Positions 24,590 through 37,510 of a stretch of DNA of 64,000 nucleotides are shown here, piece by piece (position 1 is the stretch's first letter; each line of letters starts with the position of its first letter). The translations under genes were made by a program, and so were the position numbers. A model generated the notes under the pieces. It ran no database searches and was not told the DNA's origin. It worked only from the letters and a program-made list of their open reading frames with translations. Where the stretch lies: positions 1,488,001 to 1,552,000 of the forward strand of contig CM026548.1 in NCBI GenBank assembly GCA_014905635.1. Direction: 5' to 3'. Origin of the DNA: Scenedesmus sp. PABB004. Taxonomy: Eukaryota.

Positions 24590-26795
24590 TCACTCGGCAC
24601 CCGGCGCGCGCGCCGCCGCCGCGGCCAGCGCGCGGCACACCGGCTTGTGCGCGCGCCAAGCGGCCGCCTGGCAGGCGCGGCTGCAGTAGCGCGTGGGCGC
24701 GGCCGACTTGCCGCAGCCCCCGCACACAGTCACCCGGCCGCGCACCGCCGCCAGCTCGCTGTGCGCGCCGGCCATCGCCGCACAGCGCGGGTTGTTGCAG
24801 CACGCGCGCAGCGGCAGCGCGGCGCACACCGTGGCGCACAGCTCCTCCGCCTGCGCGGCCAGTGCCTGGCCTCGCTGCTGTGCCATGGCGAGCGCGGCCG
24901 CGCCGTCGGCCATGGCGTCGCCCAGCTGCACGGCCATCTCCGTCGACGCCGTGTGCAGCTGCTCTTGCTGCGCCAGCAGGCGCTCCAGGCCCACGCGCGA
25001 GGCGTCCGCCGGCAGCGACCCCAGCGCGCGCAGGCGCGGCCCCAGCAGCGCCGCCGCGTCGCTCAGGTCCGCCGCCACGGCGGCAGCAGTCACCAGCGGC
25101 ATCGGCTCGCCTGGCGCACCAGCGTCGCTCGGCAAGGCCACGGCGGCCGCCAGCGCCTGACTCAGCAGCTGCGCCACCACCGCCAGGCCGCGCGCCGCCA
25201 GCACCGCCCACAGCGCGGGCGGCTCGTATGCAAGCTGGCCGCCGGCGGCCGCCACGGCTGCCGGCTGCGCGCGCGCCACCGCGTCGCCGACGGCACAGCC
25301 GGCGCGCACCACGTCCAGGCACCCGCTCGCCAGCACCCTCAGCAGCTGCTCAAGCAAGCCGGCCTCGGCCGCCGCAAGCCGTGCGGCCTCTGCCACGCAC
25401 TTGAGCGCCGTGAGCAGGCAGGCAGACACCTCGTGCTGCAGCCGCAGGCCCGCGCCGCCGCCGGTCGTCGTCAGCGCCGGCGCGTCCGCCAGGCTGGGGC
25501 CGAGCCGCCTGATGGCGTCACTCGTTGCGTGCGCTGTGAGCAGGGCGGCCCGCGGCCTCCCATGCCTCGCCCAGCTCCTGGCTGCGCCCTCCAGTAGCCG
25601 GCACAGCGTCGAGGGGTCCTGCCGCGCAAACGCCTCCAGCGCCGCGTCCGCTGCGGCGGCGGCAGCAGTGTCGGCGGCGGCGGCAGCGTGAGCGAGCGTG
25701 CAGACAGGGAGGCGGACTGTGTGCCCATCGCCAGGCTTGGCTGCCGCCAGCGCAGCGTGCCGCGCACCCTCTGCTCCGATGCTGCACAGCAGGAGTTTGC
25801 CACAGACCCCCAGACCGGTCACAGCATTGTGTCGCTGCCTGCCAGCCTCCTGCTCGTCCACGCCATCTGTGCCCGCAGCTGCCACCGCTGCGCGGGGCGA
25901 GCTGCCCGCGTCTGGCTCCAGCAGCGCGGCGGCGGTGGGCCGGGCGAGCGGCAGGAACGCGCGCACCACTGCCGCCACCGCCGCCTCCGCCGCCTGGTCG
26001 TCCTGCGGCGCACCCACAAAAGCCTTTGCTGTCCGCAGGCGCTCCACGATGAAGCCGGCGCACATCGCGCCAGCCATCAGCACGGGGCGCGTCGGCTGCA
26101 GCGCCACCAGCTCCAGCGCCACCTCCGCCGCCGCAGCAGCCAGCGCGGCGCCGCATGGCTGCGGCAGGCTGCCGCCGCAGCTGGTCGGCGGGGAGACAGC
26201 AAACAAAGAAGTCACTGCAGAGATGGCATTCTCCACCAGCACCTCAATGTGCTCGCCCGGGGGCACCGCCGCGGAGGCATCCAGCTCCAGCGCGCGCAGC
26301 AGCGCGGCGTGCCGCGCCGGCACAGCGGGCGCGCCGCCGCTGCCGCCGCCGCCGCCGCTTGAGCCGACGCGGCCGTCGGCGGCGGCCGGCCGACCATGCT
26401 GCGCCTCGTGCCGGTGCGCCGCGCGCAGCGTGAGCTCCGCCAGCAGCAGCTGCTGCACAGGGGGGTCTGCCAGCAGCTCGCGCCGCGCCTCTCCACACTC
26501 ACGGCCTGGCTGCCCGGCCAACACGACACTCTCAGCTGCCCGCCAGGCCCCTGTGCACGCCCAGATGACAGCGATGTCCACGCTGGCGCCCATTCTTGAG
26601 CTGTCGGCTGCCGCGCGCCAGGCGCCGGCGCGGCGCAGCACCGCGAGTGCCAGCCGTGCGGCCGGCTGGGCCAGCGGCAGCGGTGGGCCCTCCAGTTGGC
26701 CGTCTGGTGGCCAGGCGTTAGCAGCAGTGTTTGCTGCCATCAGCAGCGCGCCTGCCGCCGTGATCAGTGCATTCAGCTCATCACCGCCCCCCTGC

Positions 26796-26840
<45 letters not shown>

Positions 26841-27188
26841 GCCTCCAGCTCCGCGGCGTGGGCGGTGCAGGCCGCGGGCAGCAGCCGCAGCATGCCTGCG
26901 GGTGCGCGACGGTCACGGTCTGGTCAGAGGTGGGCCCGGCAGCTGTTGGCGCGCAGACCTCACTGCCGCCAGCCGCCCGCTGCGCGCACGCAGCTCACCC
27001 GCGCGCTGCACCTCAGCCGCCAGCTCCGTGTCAGGCACGCCAAGCCTGGTGCGAATGGCATGGCTCTGTTGCAGCAGTTTACACAGGGAATAAAGCGTGG
27101 CGACAAAGCCCAGGCCGGTCGCCAGCGCCGCCGGCGCCGCCAGCAGCTCCAGAGCACGGCCCACGGCCTGCGCCAGCTGCTCCTGCAC
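24590..27188 (-). CDS. Alanine-rich protein with C-terminal MYND-type zinc finger; 5' end irregular
   Basis: ACCNNPRC...CGGCG...[18 protein letters not shown]. Upstream exon-like segment ~26998-27188 lacks an ATG; first in-frame ATG is 26893. Confidence 0.75.
26797..26838 (-). repeat. (CAG)n poly-Gln tract in the MYND gene
   Basis: Run of ctg on the + strand. Confidence 0.9.
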
Positions 27189-27498
27189 GCGCTAGTGGCC
27201 GCCGGGCGCTGCTGCTGTCGCCGCTGCGTTGCTGCCCCGGCGGCGGGCCGCCACGACCGCTGGCAGCGCGGGAACGGCACCCGAGAGCCGCGCCGCTGGG
27301 CCGGGGGCGGTGTGGGGGGTGCGGCGACGGGGCGGCGGCGAGGGTGCAGGGCGGCGGCACAGCGCGCGCTGCGCGCAGGCTCCGGCGCCGGCGCCGCGGG
27401 CAGGCTGCCGCGCGACTCGTGGTTACTACAGGCGCGCGAGGCCGCGCGGGCCGCCGCCGCGGCGCGGCTCAGTCCCACGACTCTGTCCTTCGCCCGCG

Positions 27499-28274
27499 TC
27501 AGGCCGGCACCACCTCGCCCGCCACGCCGTACTTGGCCGCAAACTTGGCCTCCCAGTCGGCGAGCGTCTTGAGCTGCGCCTCGCTTGCGCCGCTGAGGTC
27601 GGCGCTGCACTCCTCGGCCGTCACCTGCGCGCCGCCGCGGCACGGGGTGACGGGCGGCCGCGGCGCCGGCCGGCCGACGGCCGGGGTGCCGCCCGGCCGC
27701 CGCGCGCCGCCCCGCGCGCGCCGCCGCGGGCCGACCGACCTTCATGAGCGCCAGCGCCCGGGCGCACTCCTTGCCCGCAAACACCGCGTACGGCCCGCCT
27801 GCGGCGGGCGCGGCGCCGCGGCCCTCGCGCCGCGCCCGCCGCCGCGCACGCCGCCGCGCCCGCCGCCGCGCACGCCGCCGCGCCCGCCGCCGCGCGCGCC
27901 GCGTCTGCTGCGGCGCGCCGCCGCCGCCGCTGCCGCGGGCGCGCCCCGCCTGCGGGCCGCGCACCGGGGCCGTAGAAGCCGCGCCCCGCGGAGACGTCGT
28001 AGATCTTGCCCCGCACCGCGATGTAGAGCGGGCGCGTCGCGTCGCGGCCGTCAAACTCGGCAAGCGCCGCCGCCGACAGCCGCAGCGCGCCCGCCGGCGC
28101 CGCCGCCATGCCGCGGCCCGCCGACTGCGCGGCCTTTCCCGCGAAGGGGCAGCCCCGGCGGCTGAAGAGCTGGGTGAGCGCCCACAGCGCCGCCACGACG
28201 AGCAGCGCGACAAGCACCGGCCCGCGCGCCGCTGCTGCTGCTGCCGCTTCGCCGCCGACGCCCGGCAGGCTCAT
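27499..28274 (-). CDS. Membrane-associated progesterone receptor (MAPR)/cytochrome b5-like heme/steroid-binding protein
   Basis: N-terminal TM helix. LAEFDGRD..RPLYIAVRGKIYDVSAGRGFYGPG|GPYAVFAGKECARALA...L..WEAKF..KY. Three exons. Confidence 0.92.
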
Positions 28275-28575
28275 TCTCGCGCGCCGGGACGCGCGCTCGG
28301 GCGGCGGCGGTGTGCGGCAGCGGGGCGCGGCGCGGGGCTTTTCACCACCAGCTCGCGGGGCCCAGGCGAGCGCGGCTTTGCGTGCTGCCCAGCTGCCAAG
28401 CTACCGCAGCGTTCAGACCCCGCCACCCGCCTGTTGAGCTCCTCGCCAGACGCACACGACGCGCGGCTCGGCGGCGGTCCCCAGGCGACGGCAGCAGCGG
28501 CACAGCGGCAGCGGCGCCGGCGCCGGCGCAGGCCGCAGCAGCCGCCGGAGGCCGCAGCGGCCGCCCCGGCGGGCC

Positions 28576-29221
28576 ATGGCTGCTGCCGCGCCGGTGGAGG
28601 TGTCGCGCGCGGCTGAGGACAGTGAGTGGCGCCGCGCCGCGCTGCTGCGCGCGACGCATCGGCCGCCGCCGCCGCCGCGCCCGACGACGCCTGACCGCGG
28701 CCGCGCGCGGCCAGAGCTGACCTACAAGTTGGGCCTCGCGGCGGAGGTCAAGTGCGCCGCGCTCGTGGCGGCCTACAACGCGTGCGCCGACGGCCGCACC
28801 ATCAGCGCGGCGTGGGCGTGCCGCTCGGCCTACGCCGCCAGCCAGGCCTGCATACGTGACTAGTGAGAAGCCCGGCCGGGCGGCGCGGCGCGGCGCGGCG
28901 CGGCGCGGCGCGGCGCGGCGGGCTCGCTGCCTGCGCAGCGCGGCCGGCCAGGCCGCCTGGTGCGCGGTGGGGGCGCGGCCGGACCCGCCGCACCGCGGGC
29001 TCGCGCGGCCGCGCCGGCCCGCGCCGCCCCGCGCCGGCCCGCGCCGACCCGCCGCCGCCGCCGCGGCGCGGCGCGGCGGGCGCAGCGTGAACCGGGACAA
29101 CATCGAGGCGCTGAAGCAGCGCTGGGTCGCCGCGGGGCGGCCGCAGTTCCCCGACTGGCCGGGCCTCATGGCGGGCATCGTCGCGCCGGAGCACATGCGC
29201 CCCCTGGTCCGCCAGAAATAG
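28576..29221 (+). CDS. CMC1: Cmc1-like twin CX9C mitochondrial COX assembly protein
   Basis: CAALVAAYNAC..GRTIS..WACRSAYAASQAC gives two CX9C motifs; three exons. Confidence 0.8.
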
Positions 29222-29678
29222 CGGCGGCGGGCCGCGGCGGCCGGCTGTGTGTGGGCTGTGGGCGCGGGGCGAGCGGAGAGGCGATCGATCGCCTCTCGCG
29301 AGCGGGCGCGGCGACCGAGCGAGCGACCTCGGACGGCGGTGGCTGGCGGCCAACGCCCCCTCGCCGCGAGCTGGGGGCGGCAGCAGCGTTCGTCCAGGCG
29401 CGCCGCCGCCGCGCAGGGGGCGATGGGTGTCGCCGGCGGCGGCGTGGAAGCCGCGGCAAAAACTCAGCCTGGCACCCAGGAAACGTTTCGCTGGCGCGAG
29501 GTGCTCGCGGGGCAGTCTAGCAGCGTATCAGTAACGTTTTGAGCTCGCAGCGCACGCACGCCGCCCCGTCTCTCTGGGCGCGCCCAGTTCTCCGCCGCTG
29601 CCGTCGCGCTCGCGGGACGCCGATTTCCCGGCCGCGCGCCGCGCCACAGCTGCTCCTTGGACCGGGGGTGCTGCTGCG

Positions 29679-30884
29679 ATGCGTGGCCGGCCAGGCTGGC
29701 GGGCGGCCGCGGCGCTGGCCGTGCTGCTCGTCATGGCGTTGGTCGTCCTGACCCGCGCCCAAGGCGTGCCGGCCCAGCAGCGCCAGCGCGTTGCTCTGGA
29801 TCTCTACATCGGCAGCCGCGCGCCCGACGCGGTCGACGGGAGCAAGCTTGGCTGGAACAAGGTACCGCGAGGCGTTGGGCAGCGGCGGCGCGCCGGGTTC
29901 CGACGGTGACGCGGCGCTTCCGGCTGACGCCGCCGCCGCTGCCGCCGCAGTACATAATCCAGGGCTCCAACGCGAGCAGCTACAGCGGCTGCATGCCGCT
30001 CCTGGACGGCGTGTTTGGGGCGGCGCGCGGTCTCGGCCTCGCCACGCTGACCCTGCACTACGTCGGCGCCAAGGACAGCAGCAAGTCGCCCTGGTACTGC
30101 CGCGGCTCGGATGCAGAGTGCGAGGGCAACATCCAGCAGGTGCGCCAGCGGCGGAGCGACGCAGTGGCGGGCGGCGGCACGGCAGCGCGGCCGGGCCGCC
30201 CGCCACGCGCCGCCCGCGCTGCCTGCGTAACCACGCCCCCCCCCCCCCGCCCCCCTCCCCCTCCCCGCCCTCCTCCTGCCCTCCCACCCCGCACGCCCGC
30301 AGCTCTGCGTGCAGAGCCAAGCGCGCACGCCGGACCAGCGCTTTGACTGGGCGTGGGCGTTTGCGCTCTGCCAGGCGTCCGACCCCGCGTCGATCGGCAG
30401 CCCAGCCGACCTGCAGGGCCGCCCGCTGGCCAACCAGTGCCTGCGGCGGCTGCCGCGCGTGCCGCTGCGCACGCGCGACGCGATCCGGGCCTGCATGTTT
30501 GCGCCGGACCGCCTGTCGGGGCTGTACGCCGAGTTTGAGGAGACCTCCCGCGACGCGCCGGACGTCACGTACGGCTGCTCGCTGCGGCTCGAGGGGCAGC
30601 AGCGCCTCGTGCGCGCGCGCAACGACTGGGTCGTCGCGCCCGGCGGCAGCAGCGATGCGGAGCTGCTCGGCAGCGTGTGCGCGGCGTACCGCGACAAAAA
30701 CGGCCTGCCGCAGCCGCCGCCCGAGGCGGCCGACGACGGCAGCGGCCTGCCGCTCGCGTGCCAGGGCCTCGCGGTGCGCAGCAGCGCGGCCGCAGCCGCG
30801 GTCAACGCCACGGCGGACTCGGGCGCGGACTCGGGCGCGGGCGGCGACGCCGTGCCTGCGGGAGCCGCCGGAGAGCGGCGCTGA
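29679..30884 (+). CDS. Secreted GILT-like (thioredoxin-fold) protein lacking the usual catalytic Cys
   Basis: Signal peptide, RVALDLYIGSRAPDA, WYCRGSDAECEGNIQQ|LCVQ, FALCQ, LLGSVCAAY match the GILT pattern. Confidence 0.65.
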
Positions 30885-31941
30885 TCCAACAACAAGGGCA
30901 ACGGGCTGGGCTGGCGCGGGGCCGCCGCCGCTGAGACGCGGCGGCGTTCGCGGGGGGCGCGGCGCGCCGGCGCCGTCAGCGCTGCCAGGGCTCACGGGCG
31001 GCGGCGTGGGCGCTCAGCCCGCCGCCGCAGCACTGCCGATGTGCCGATGCGGTCTCAACCCTGCGGGGGCTGTGCAGGCTGTGCGGGCGCGACACAATAA
31101 TGCCTATTCGTGCTGACGCGCCGCACTGACAACCAACGACTGGGTGTAGGCGACTGGGACCCGCTCGCTGGCACACCCAGCGAGCAGGTGCTCGCTCAGA
31201 CCGATGGTCTCGCGGGTGTGGCGCAGCAGTGCGCCGCTTGCAGCCGCGTGTTGCTTCGAGGTGTGTGGCGCCGGGATGCGCCGACATTGGGCGGGCGGCC
31301 GTGTTTCGATTGGTTCGCAAGAGTAACGCTTGCCGTCCCACGTTCAGCACGTGCCAGTTCAATTGCGGTTGGTGGGGCTGTGCGACACCAGCTCCGCCGG
31401 GCAGCCCCGCCGCCCCCACGGCGTGCGCACGAGCGAGCGGGGGACGCGGCCGGCAGCGTGCGACGGGGGGGGGGGGGGGGCAGCGTTTGTTTGCCAGAAT
31501 ACCTCGTTCGGCTCACGCGTTCCCTCCTCCCAGCGACCGGTCCCAGCCCGCCCGCACAAGATCTGCTGCCCCTGCCCTGAACAGTCACGGGCCAGCACGA
31601 GGCCATCGTATGCCCCTCTGGTGAGACTCCAAAGTGGTCAGCGCCCAGGCTGCTGGGCAGCAGGCGTTCTTGCTCAATCCCCTCCCGGGCCGCCCGGGAA
31701 GGCACTCCCGCCCTTGCGCACACGCGCAGGCAATCCCGGCGCACATCGACCGCAGACATTTAAAGCCATTCAAAGCCAGCCAGCTCATTGCAGTGAACTT
31801 GCCCTCGTCGAACCAGCCTCACACACGAGGAGGCGACGCGCGCCCGAACCAGCAGCCTCGCATTTCTGCATATGAACATGCGCGCAGGCGCGGCACGGCT
31901 GCACGCAGAAATGCCTGATGGGGCCACGGGTGCACCGCCCC

Positions 31942-34126
31942 TCAGCAGCCGCCCACGACCGCCTGGCTGCGCTCGTTGGAGTTGCGGCGCGGCGGCGTGC
32001 CGGGCAGCGCGGCGCCAGCGCCGCTGGCCGCGACCGGCGCGTTGCGCGCGCCGCCGCGGCTGCAGGCCTGGGACGCCTTGCCGCCCTTGAACAGCCTGTC
32101 GAGCTTGGCCCGCGTCGCCGCGACGGCGCCGCTGATCACCGCCAGGCTGCGCGACGCGCTGCCCTTGTTGTTGATGGGCGCACGCAGCTCCAGCGCGGCG
32201 GCCAGCTGGCCCTTGACGCTCTCGAGCTCGGCGCCGGCGGCGGCGCGCGCGTCATTGGCCTCCTTGAGCGCGCCGTGCGCCGCCACCAGGCACGTGCACA
32301 GCTCTTGGTCGTCCTGGGCGTCGGCCTGCGCACACGCATGCAGCCGCGCCCAGGGCGCACCGCGGCGTGAGCGGCGCAGCGCGCCCGGGCTGGCAGCAGG
32401 CGCGGGGCGTGCGGGCGCGGCGGCGGCAGGAGCGCGCGCGCGGCGGCGCCGGTCGGGGCCGCGCACCCAGATGTGGCCCTCGCCGTGCACCATCATGCAA
32501 TACGCGCTCCAGTCCTTGACGGAGCGGCACTCGATCTTGAGGGCGTAGACGGCGTCGTTCAGGTTCTTCTCGCGCACGGCGGCGGCGGCGAGCGCGTCGT
32601 GGGCGCCCTGCAGGCCGTGCTCCGCCTCGGCCAGGCGCGCGCGCAGGTCGGCTGTCTCGGCCGCGGCAGCCTGCGCGCATGCAGGGGGCACAGAGCGGCG
32701 TGAGCAGGGCAGCAGGGGGCAAGGCGTGGCAGGGCCCAGCACCAGCAGGGAGGGGGCAGCAGCAGGAGCGCACGCGGCGGCGGACAGGGCAGCGCACCGT
32801 GAGGGAGTCGCACGTGGCGTGGCACAGCGCCGCGTAGGCGACCGCGGTCTGCATCGTCTGGCTCGCGTCGGCGAGCTCGCCGCGCAGGCAGGCGATGTTG
32901 GCGGCGTCCATCTCCGCGTGCATGGCGGTGGCGGCGAGCGCGTCCTTGGCCTCCTTCAGCTCGCGCTGCATCTCCGCCGCGCGCTCGCTCACGTCGCGCG
33001 CGCCGGCCTGCGCGCGCGCAGGGAGGGGGGGGGGCACAGCGCAGCGCAGCGTGAGCGGGGCAGCGCGCATGGGCTGGGCCCAGCAGCAGGCAGGGGCCAG
33101 CAGGAGCGCGCGCGGCGGCGGTCAGGGCAGCGCACCGCGCAGGCGTCGTGCGCGGTCTGGCAGGCCTTGGCGTCGTCGCGCGCGCGCGCGAGGTCGGCGC
33201 GCAGGCTGGCGATGACCGCGTTGTCGGCCTCAGCGCGCGCCTTGGCCGCGGCGCGCTCGTCCTTGACGCCCTGCAGCGCGCGCTCCAGCACGCCCACGTG
33301 CGCGCGCAGGTCGGGCGCCTCGGCCGCGTCGGCCTGCGCAGGGGCACCGCGCAGCGCGGCTGGCCGTGAGCAGGGCAGCGCGCGCGGCCTGGCAGGCCCA
33401 GCAGCAGGCGCGTGGCGGCGGTACGAGCCCGCGCGGCGGCGCGCAGCGCACCAGGAGGCCGGCGCGCGTGGTGTCGCAGGCGTTGGCGTAGTCGCGCGCG
33501 CTCTCGAGCTTGGCGAGCAGCCTGGCGACGTCGGCCTTGCCACGCGCGTTGGCGACGGCGAGCGCGGCCTTGGTGCTTGCGAGCTCGGCGCGCAGGTCCG
33601 CGACCTGGGCGCGCAGGTCCACGACCTCGGCGCACAGGGCCTCGCCCTCGCCGGCGGCGGCCGGCTTGGCGGCGCTCGCCGTCGGGGCCGCCGCGATGGC
33701 GTGGTGGTGGGCGCTGGGCATGGCGGAGGTGGAAGAGGCCCGGCGGGCGGTGCGCCCGCGAGGGCCGCGCGCGTGGGCCTGCGGCGCCTTGTTGTTGGCC
33801 TGCGCGGCAGCCGGGAGCGACAGGCAGGGGCGCGTGGGTGAGCTGCAGCGCGCAGTGAGAGGGCGTTGGGCAGCTGGCGGGGAGCTGGGCTGGCCGTCGC
33901 GCGAGCCAGTGGGCGGCGCTACTGTTGTGCTGGCGCGGCGCGCTGGCAGCGTGTGGCGCCGTGGCGCCGCGTGGGGATGTGCGTTCGACTGTATGAGCGG
34001 CTTGGCGGCGGCCGTCGGCGCCTCTGGTGCCCCCGGCGCTCGGCAGGGAGCTCTCGCGCGCAGCCGCTCCCCCCCGCGCCGCCCCGCCCTCACCAGCTGG
34101 CGGCGGCTGATGCGGGAGGTATACAT
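31942..34126 (-). CDS. Hypothetical coiled-coil protein built from repeated phase-0 exons
   Basis: MYTSRISRRQL|ANNK..., then exons 33136-33333, 32798-33007 and 32467-32670 with heptad-rich sequence (DLRA..AE/LR.ELA). Stop at 31942. Confidence 0.65.
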
Positions 34127-35332
34127 GGTCTCAATGAATCTCGTGGGTGGCAGGACGGGCTCTGGAGTGGCGCTCTGCGCGTCGGCGAGAGGAGCGTGTG
34201 CGCAGGAGGGCAGGCTGTGAGCGTCGTGTGCTGCCTGAAGCACTGGCGGTGAGTCGAGCGAGCTTTGAGGAGCCGCCTGGGGCGGCGGGGGGCTTGGCGG
34301 CTTGGGGAGCGGGCGGGTTCTGGGGCGCGCGCGCGAATGGGCCGCCCGAGGCGACGGTCGACCGCGCAGGGATTGTGGCGCGCCCAAACCTCGGCGCTGG
34401 AGCCCGTAAAGCTCCACGCAGCGCGCCGCGGCGAGCTGGCGCGGCGCCGCCGCCGGGCGGCACCGGCTGCGGCGGCGGCGCTGCTCGCGCGCGCGCGCGC
34501 TCGCGGCCGCTGCCCGGGCGCGCGCGGAGGCGTGCCTGGGCGTGACCGACGCTGCCCTGTGTCTCACAAAACTGTCACTGAGCACACCGGGTCTGCCGCT
34601 GCCCCCAAGCCACCAGCCGGGCGCGGGCGGCCGCGCGCGACGACCAGCAACGCGCCGCCCACCGCGCTCCGGCCCCGCCCGCACAGGCGCCTCTGCCGCT
34701 GCCCGCCCAGTCGAGGCCAGCAGGAGGCTGATTGGACCGCAACGAGCGAGGCGCAGCGTGGCGAACAACGTGCGGGGCGGCGGGGGCTCGCCGCGCGCTG
34801 CCCGCGGCCGCCGCCGTGGTGGCGGAGCGGGCGGCGAGCGGGGGCGCTGCACGGCAGCGGTCGGAGGAGGGGCGGTGTGGGCTGAAGGGAGCTGGTGGCA
34901 GGCGGGCGGCCGGGCGGCGAACGCGGCAGCCGCGGCGTTTGCCGCTTGCCGCCCCGGGCCCAGAGCTCCACAGCCGCCCAAGTTCCTGTCGCGGCCCCCG
35001 CCCGCGTTCATTTGATTCATTGGCAGACAAGTGACGTTCTCTGCAGCAGCGCAGGGGGATGTTTTCATGCAAGCCGCCAGGCCGTCGGCGCTCGGGGGCG
35101 GAGCGCAGCACGTTCTCGTGCGCGCTCCCCGCCGGCGCGCGGCCGTGGCACGGGAGGCGTGGGACCCCTCCCCCCATCAAACGTGCGCTCCGCGCGGAAG
35201 CCGCGTGCGCGCGCACGGTGCACGGCAGCCGGCCGGGCAGCGCGTGCATGCGCGGCGGTGCATGGGCAGTCCTGCCAGTCTCGCTTCCCTGGCCCAGCCC
35301 TGGCCCCAGCGCAGACGCGCCGCGCGCGGCGC

Positions 35333-37459
35333 TCACGGCGCCGGCGCGGCGGCCGGCGCGCCTCCGGCGGCCGCGGCGCCGGGCTTGGCGCCGCCGCCGG
35401 CGCCGCCGCCGCGGCGCCGCACGCCGAGCGCGCGCGTCACCGCGCCAAAGACCTTGTGCCGCGAGAGGCGGTCAATCGCGGCGGCAATGTCGGCGCGGCC
35501 GATGCGGCCGTCGCCGTCGGCGTCGAGCAACTCCACCGCGGCGCGGTACCCGCGCAGCGCGCACATGCCGAGCAGCACCGCGATCATCGCGCCCACGAGC
35601 GCGACGCTCAGCAGCTGCAGCGCGAGGCTGTGCCGCCCGCTGATGCCGCCGCTGAGCAGGCCGCCCTCCTCGCCGACGGCGACAAAGAGGTTGAGCCACA
35701 CCACGCTCAGCAGCACGCCCGCGGCGCCGAGGTGGAGGCGGTTGAGCAGGCGGTAGGGGTAGGGCAGCAGGCCCATGGTGGCGGCGGTGTACGCGAGCAG
35801 CACGAGCGAGCAGCCCACGAGCTGGCTGATCACGCCCGTCGACGCGAGCCCCAGCACGACCGCGACGAGCACGAGCTTGCGCAGCTCGACGACGCTGCCC
35901 CAGTAGTAGAGCCGGGGGCGGAAGTCCTCCACGAGGTGGCCGTACGAGGCGAAGAACTCGCTCGTCGGCGCGAGGCGCCCCGCCGCGGCGGCGCGGCCGA
36001 GCACCCAGCCCTGGACGAGCGGGTACGCGAGCAGCGCGAGGCCGCCGGGGATGCCGAGCCCGAGCGCGAGCGCGCGGTGCCCGGGGTCGACGAAGCACTC
36101 GCGCTCGAGGTCGCTCGTCCAGAACCACCCCCGCGCGGAGAGCACCTCGCCGGGGATGGGGCTCGCGCCCGAGCCGGCGGGGTCGAGGTAGCGGCAGGAG
36201 AAGACCCCCAGGATGGTGTACGCGAGCGCGGGGTAAAAGTAGGAGAGCGTGACGAGCAGGCTGCACACGATCGGCGCGCGCAGGCGCACCGACAGCACGT
36301 CGCGCACGAGCGCCTGCCCCGTGCGCGCCGACACGGCGGCGGCGTACGCGAGCCACGCGACGAGCAGGAGCAGGAGGTACGCGATGGGGAGGAGGAGGGA
36401 GCCCGCGGTCTGGATGAGGCTGAGGTTGTCGCTCACATAGTCGGTGCGGGGGAGGATGCAGTCGAGGCTGATCCAGGCCTTGGTCGACAGCGGCGTCACG
36501 CTCACCGCGCTCAGCGCGGCGCTCGCGGCGCTCTGCCAGCCGAGCAGCACCGCCTGCAGGATGGAGAGGACCTGCAGGAAGTCCTTGAACACCTGGGGGC
36601 GGCAGTGGTGGTGGTGTGTGCGTGGTGGTGGGGGCGTCAGGAGGCAGGGGCGTCAGGGGCAGGGACGGAAGAGGCCCCTGGAGGGGCAGGGCCGCGGCGG
36701 GCGCGGAGCCACGCGCCGCGCGGCGCCGCCGCTGCCGGCCGGCAGGCCCGCGACGGGCCCGCGCGGCGCACCTCAAACAGCTCGCCCGTGGTGAGGCTGT
36801 CGGGCGAGTAGTTGAGCGCCGCGCGCACGACGCCCCCGGCGCCCTTGCCGCGCGCAAACTCGCGCGCAAACAGGGGGCCGCGCTTGAGCGGCTTGCGCCC
36901 GCGCCGCTTGCGCGCGCTCGCGCTCGCGGCGGCCGCAGCGACGGCGCCCGCCGCGGAGCTGCCCGGCGCGACCAGGCCGTCCGCGTCGCCGCCCTCGGGC
37001 GGCGGCGCGCCGGCGGCGACGGCGCCGGGCCCGCCCGCCATGCCGCGCGCCTCGAGCGCCGCCATCTGCGCGCGGCTGAGCTGCGCCGGGCCGCGCGCGG
37101 GGCCCTCCGGCACCGAGGCGAGCCCGCTGAAGCTCACGCGCGACTGCGGCAGCGCGCCGTTGGCGCTGGCCGCGGGGCCCTCGCGCGGGGCAAACGTGGG
37201 GCTCTCGCGCGGGCCGCGCGGCGGCGCGTGGGCCTGGTCGCGCCCGCCCACGGGCGGCAGGGGCGCGTCCTCGTCGTCGGCCGCGCCCGCGGCGGCGCCC
37301 CACATCGCGTGCGCCCCGGCGTCGGCGCCGCCGCCCGCGGGCGAGCTCGGCGCCGCCGCGAGGCTGCTCGCGCCCGCGGGCAGCGCGACGCTGCCGGGCT
37401 TGGGCGCGCTCAGCCCGCCGAGCCCGCCCGGCACGGGCGCCGCCGCCGGCGCCGCCGAC

Positions 37460-37510
<51 letters not shown>

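Noticed and set aside
31229..31440. Cys-rich stretch (CRPTFSTCQFNCGWWGC) in a lower-GC intergenic region, vaguely ShK-like
   Set aside because: No clear start, splice structure or codon bias, and the Cys spacing is not convincing.
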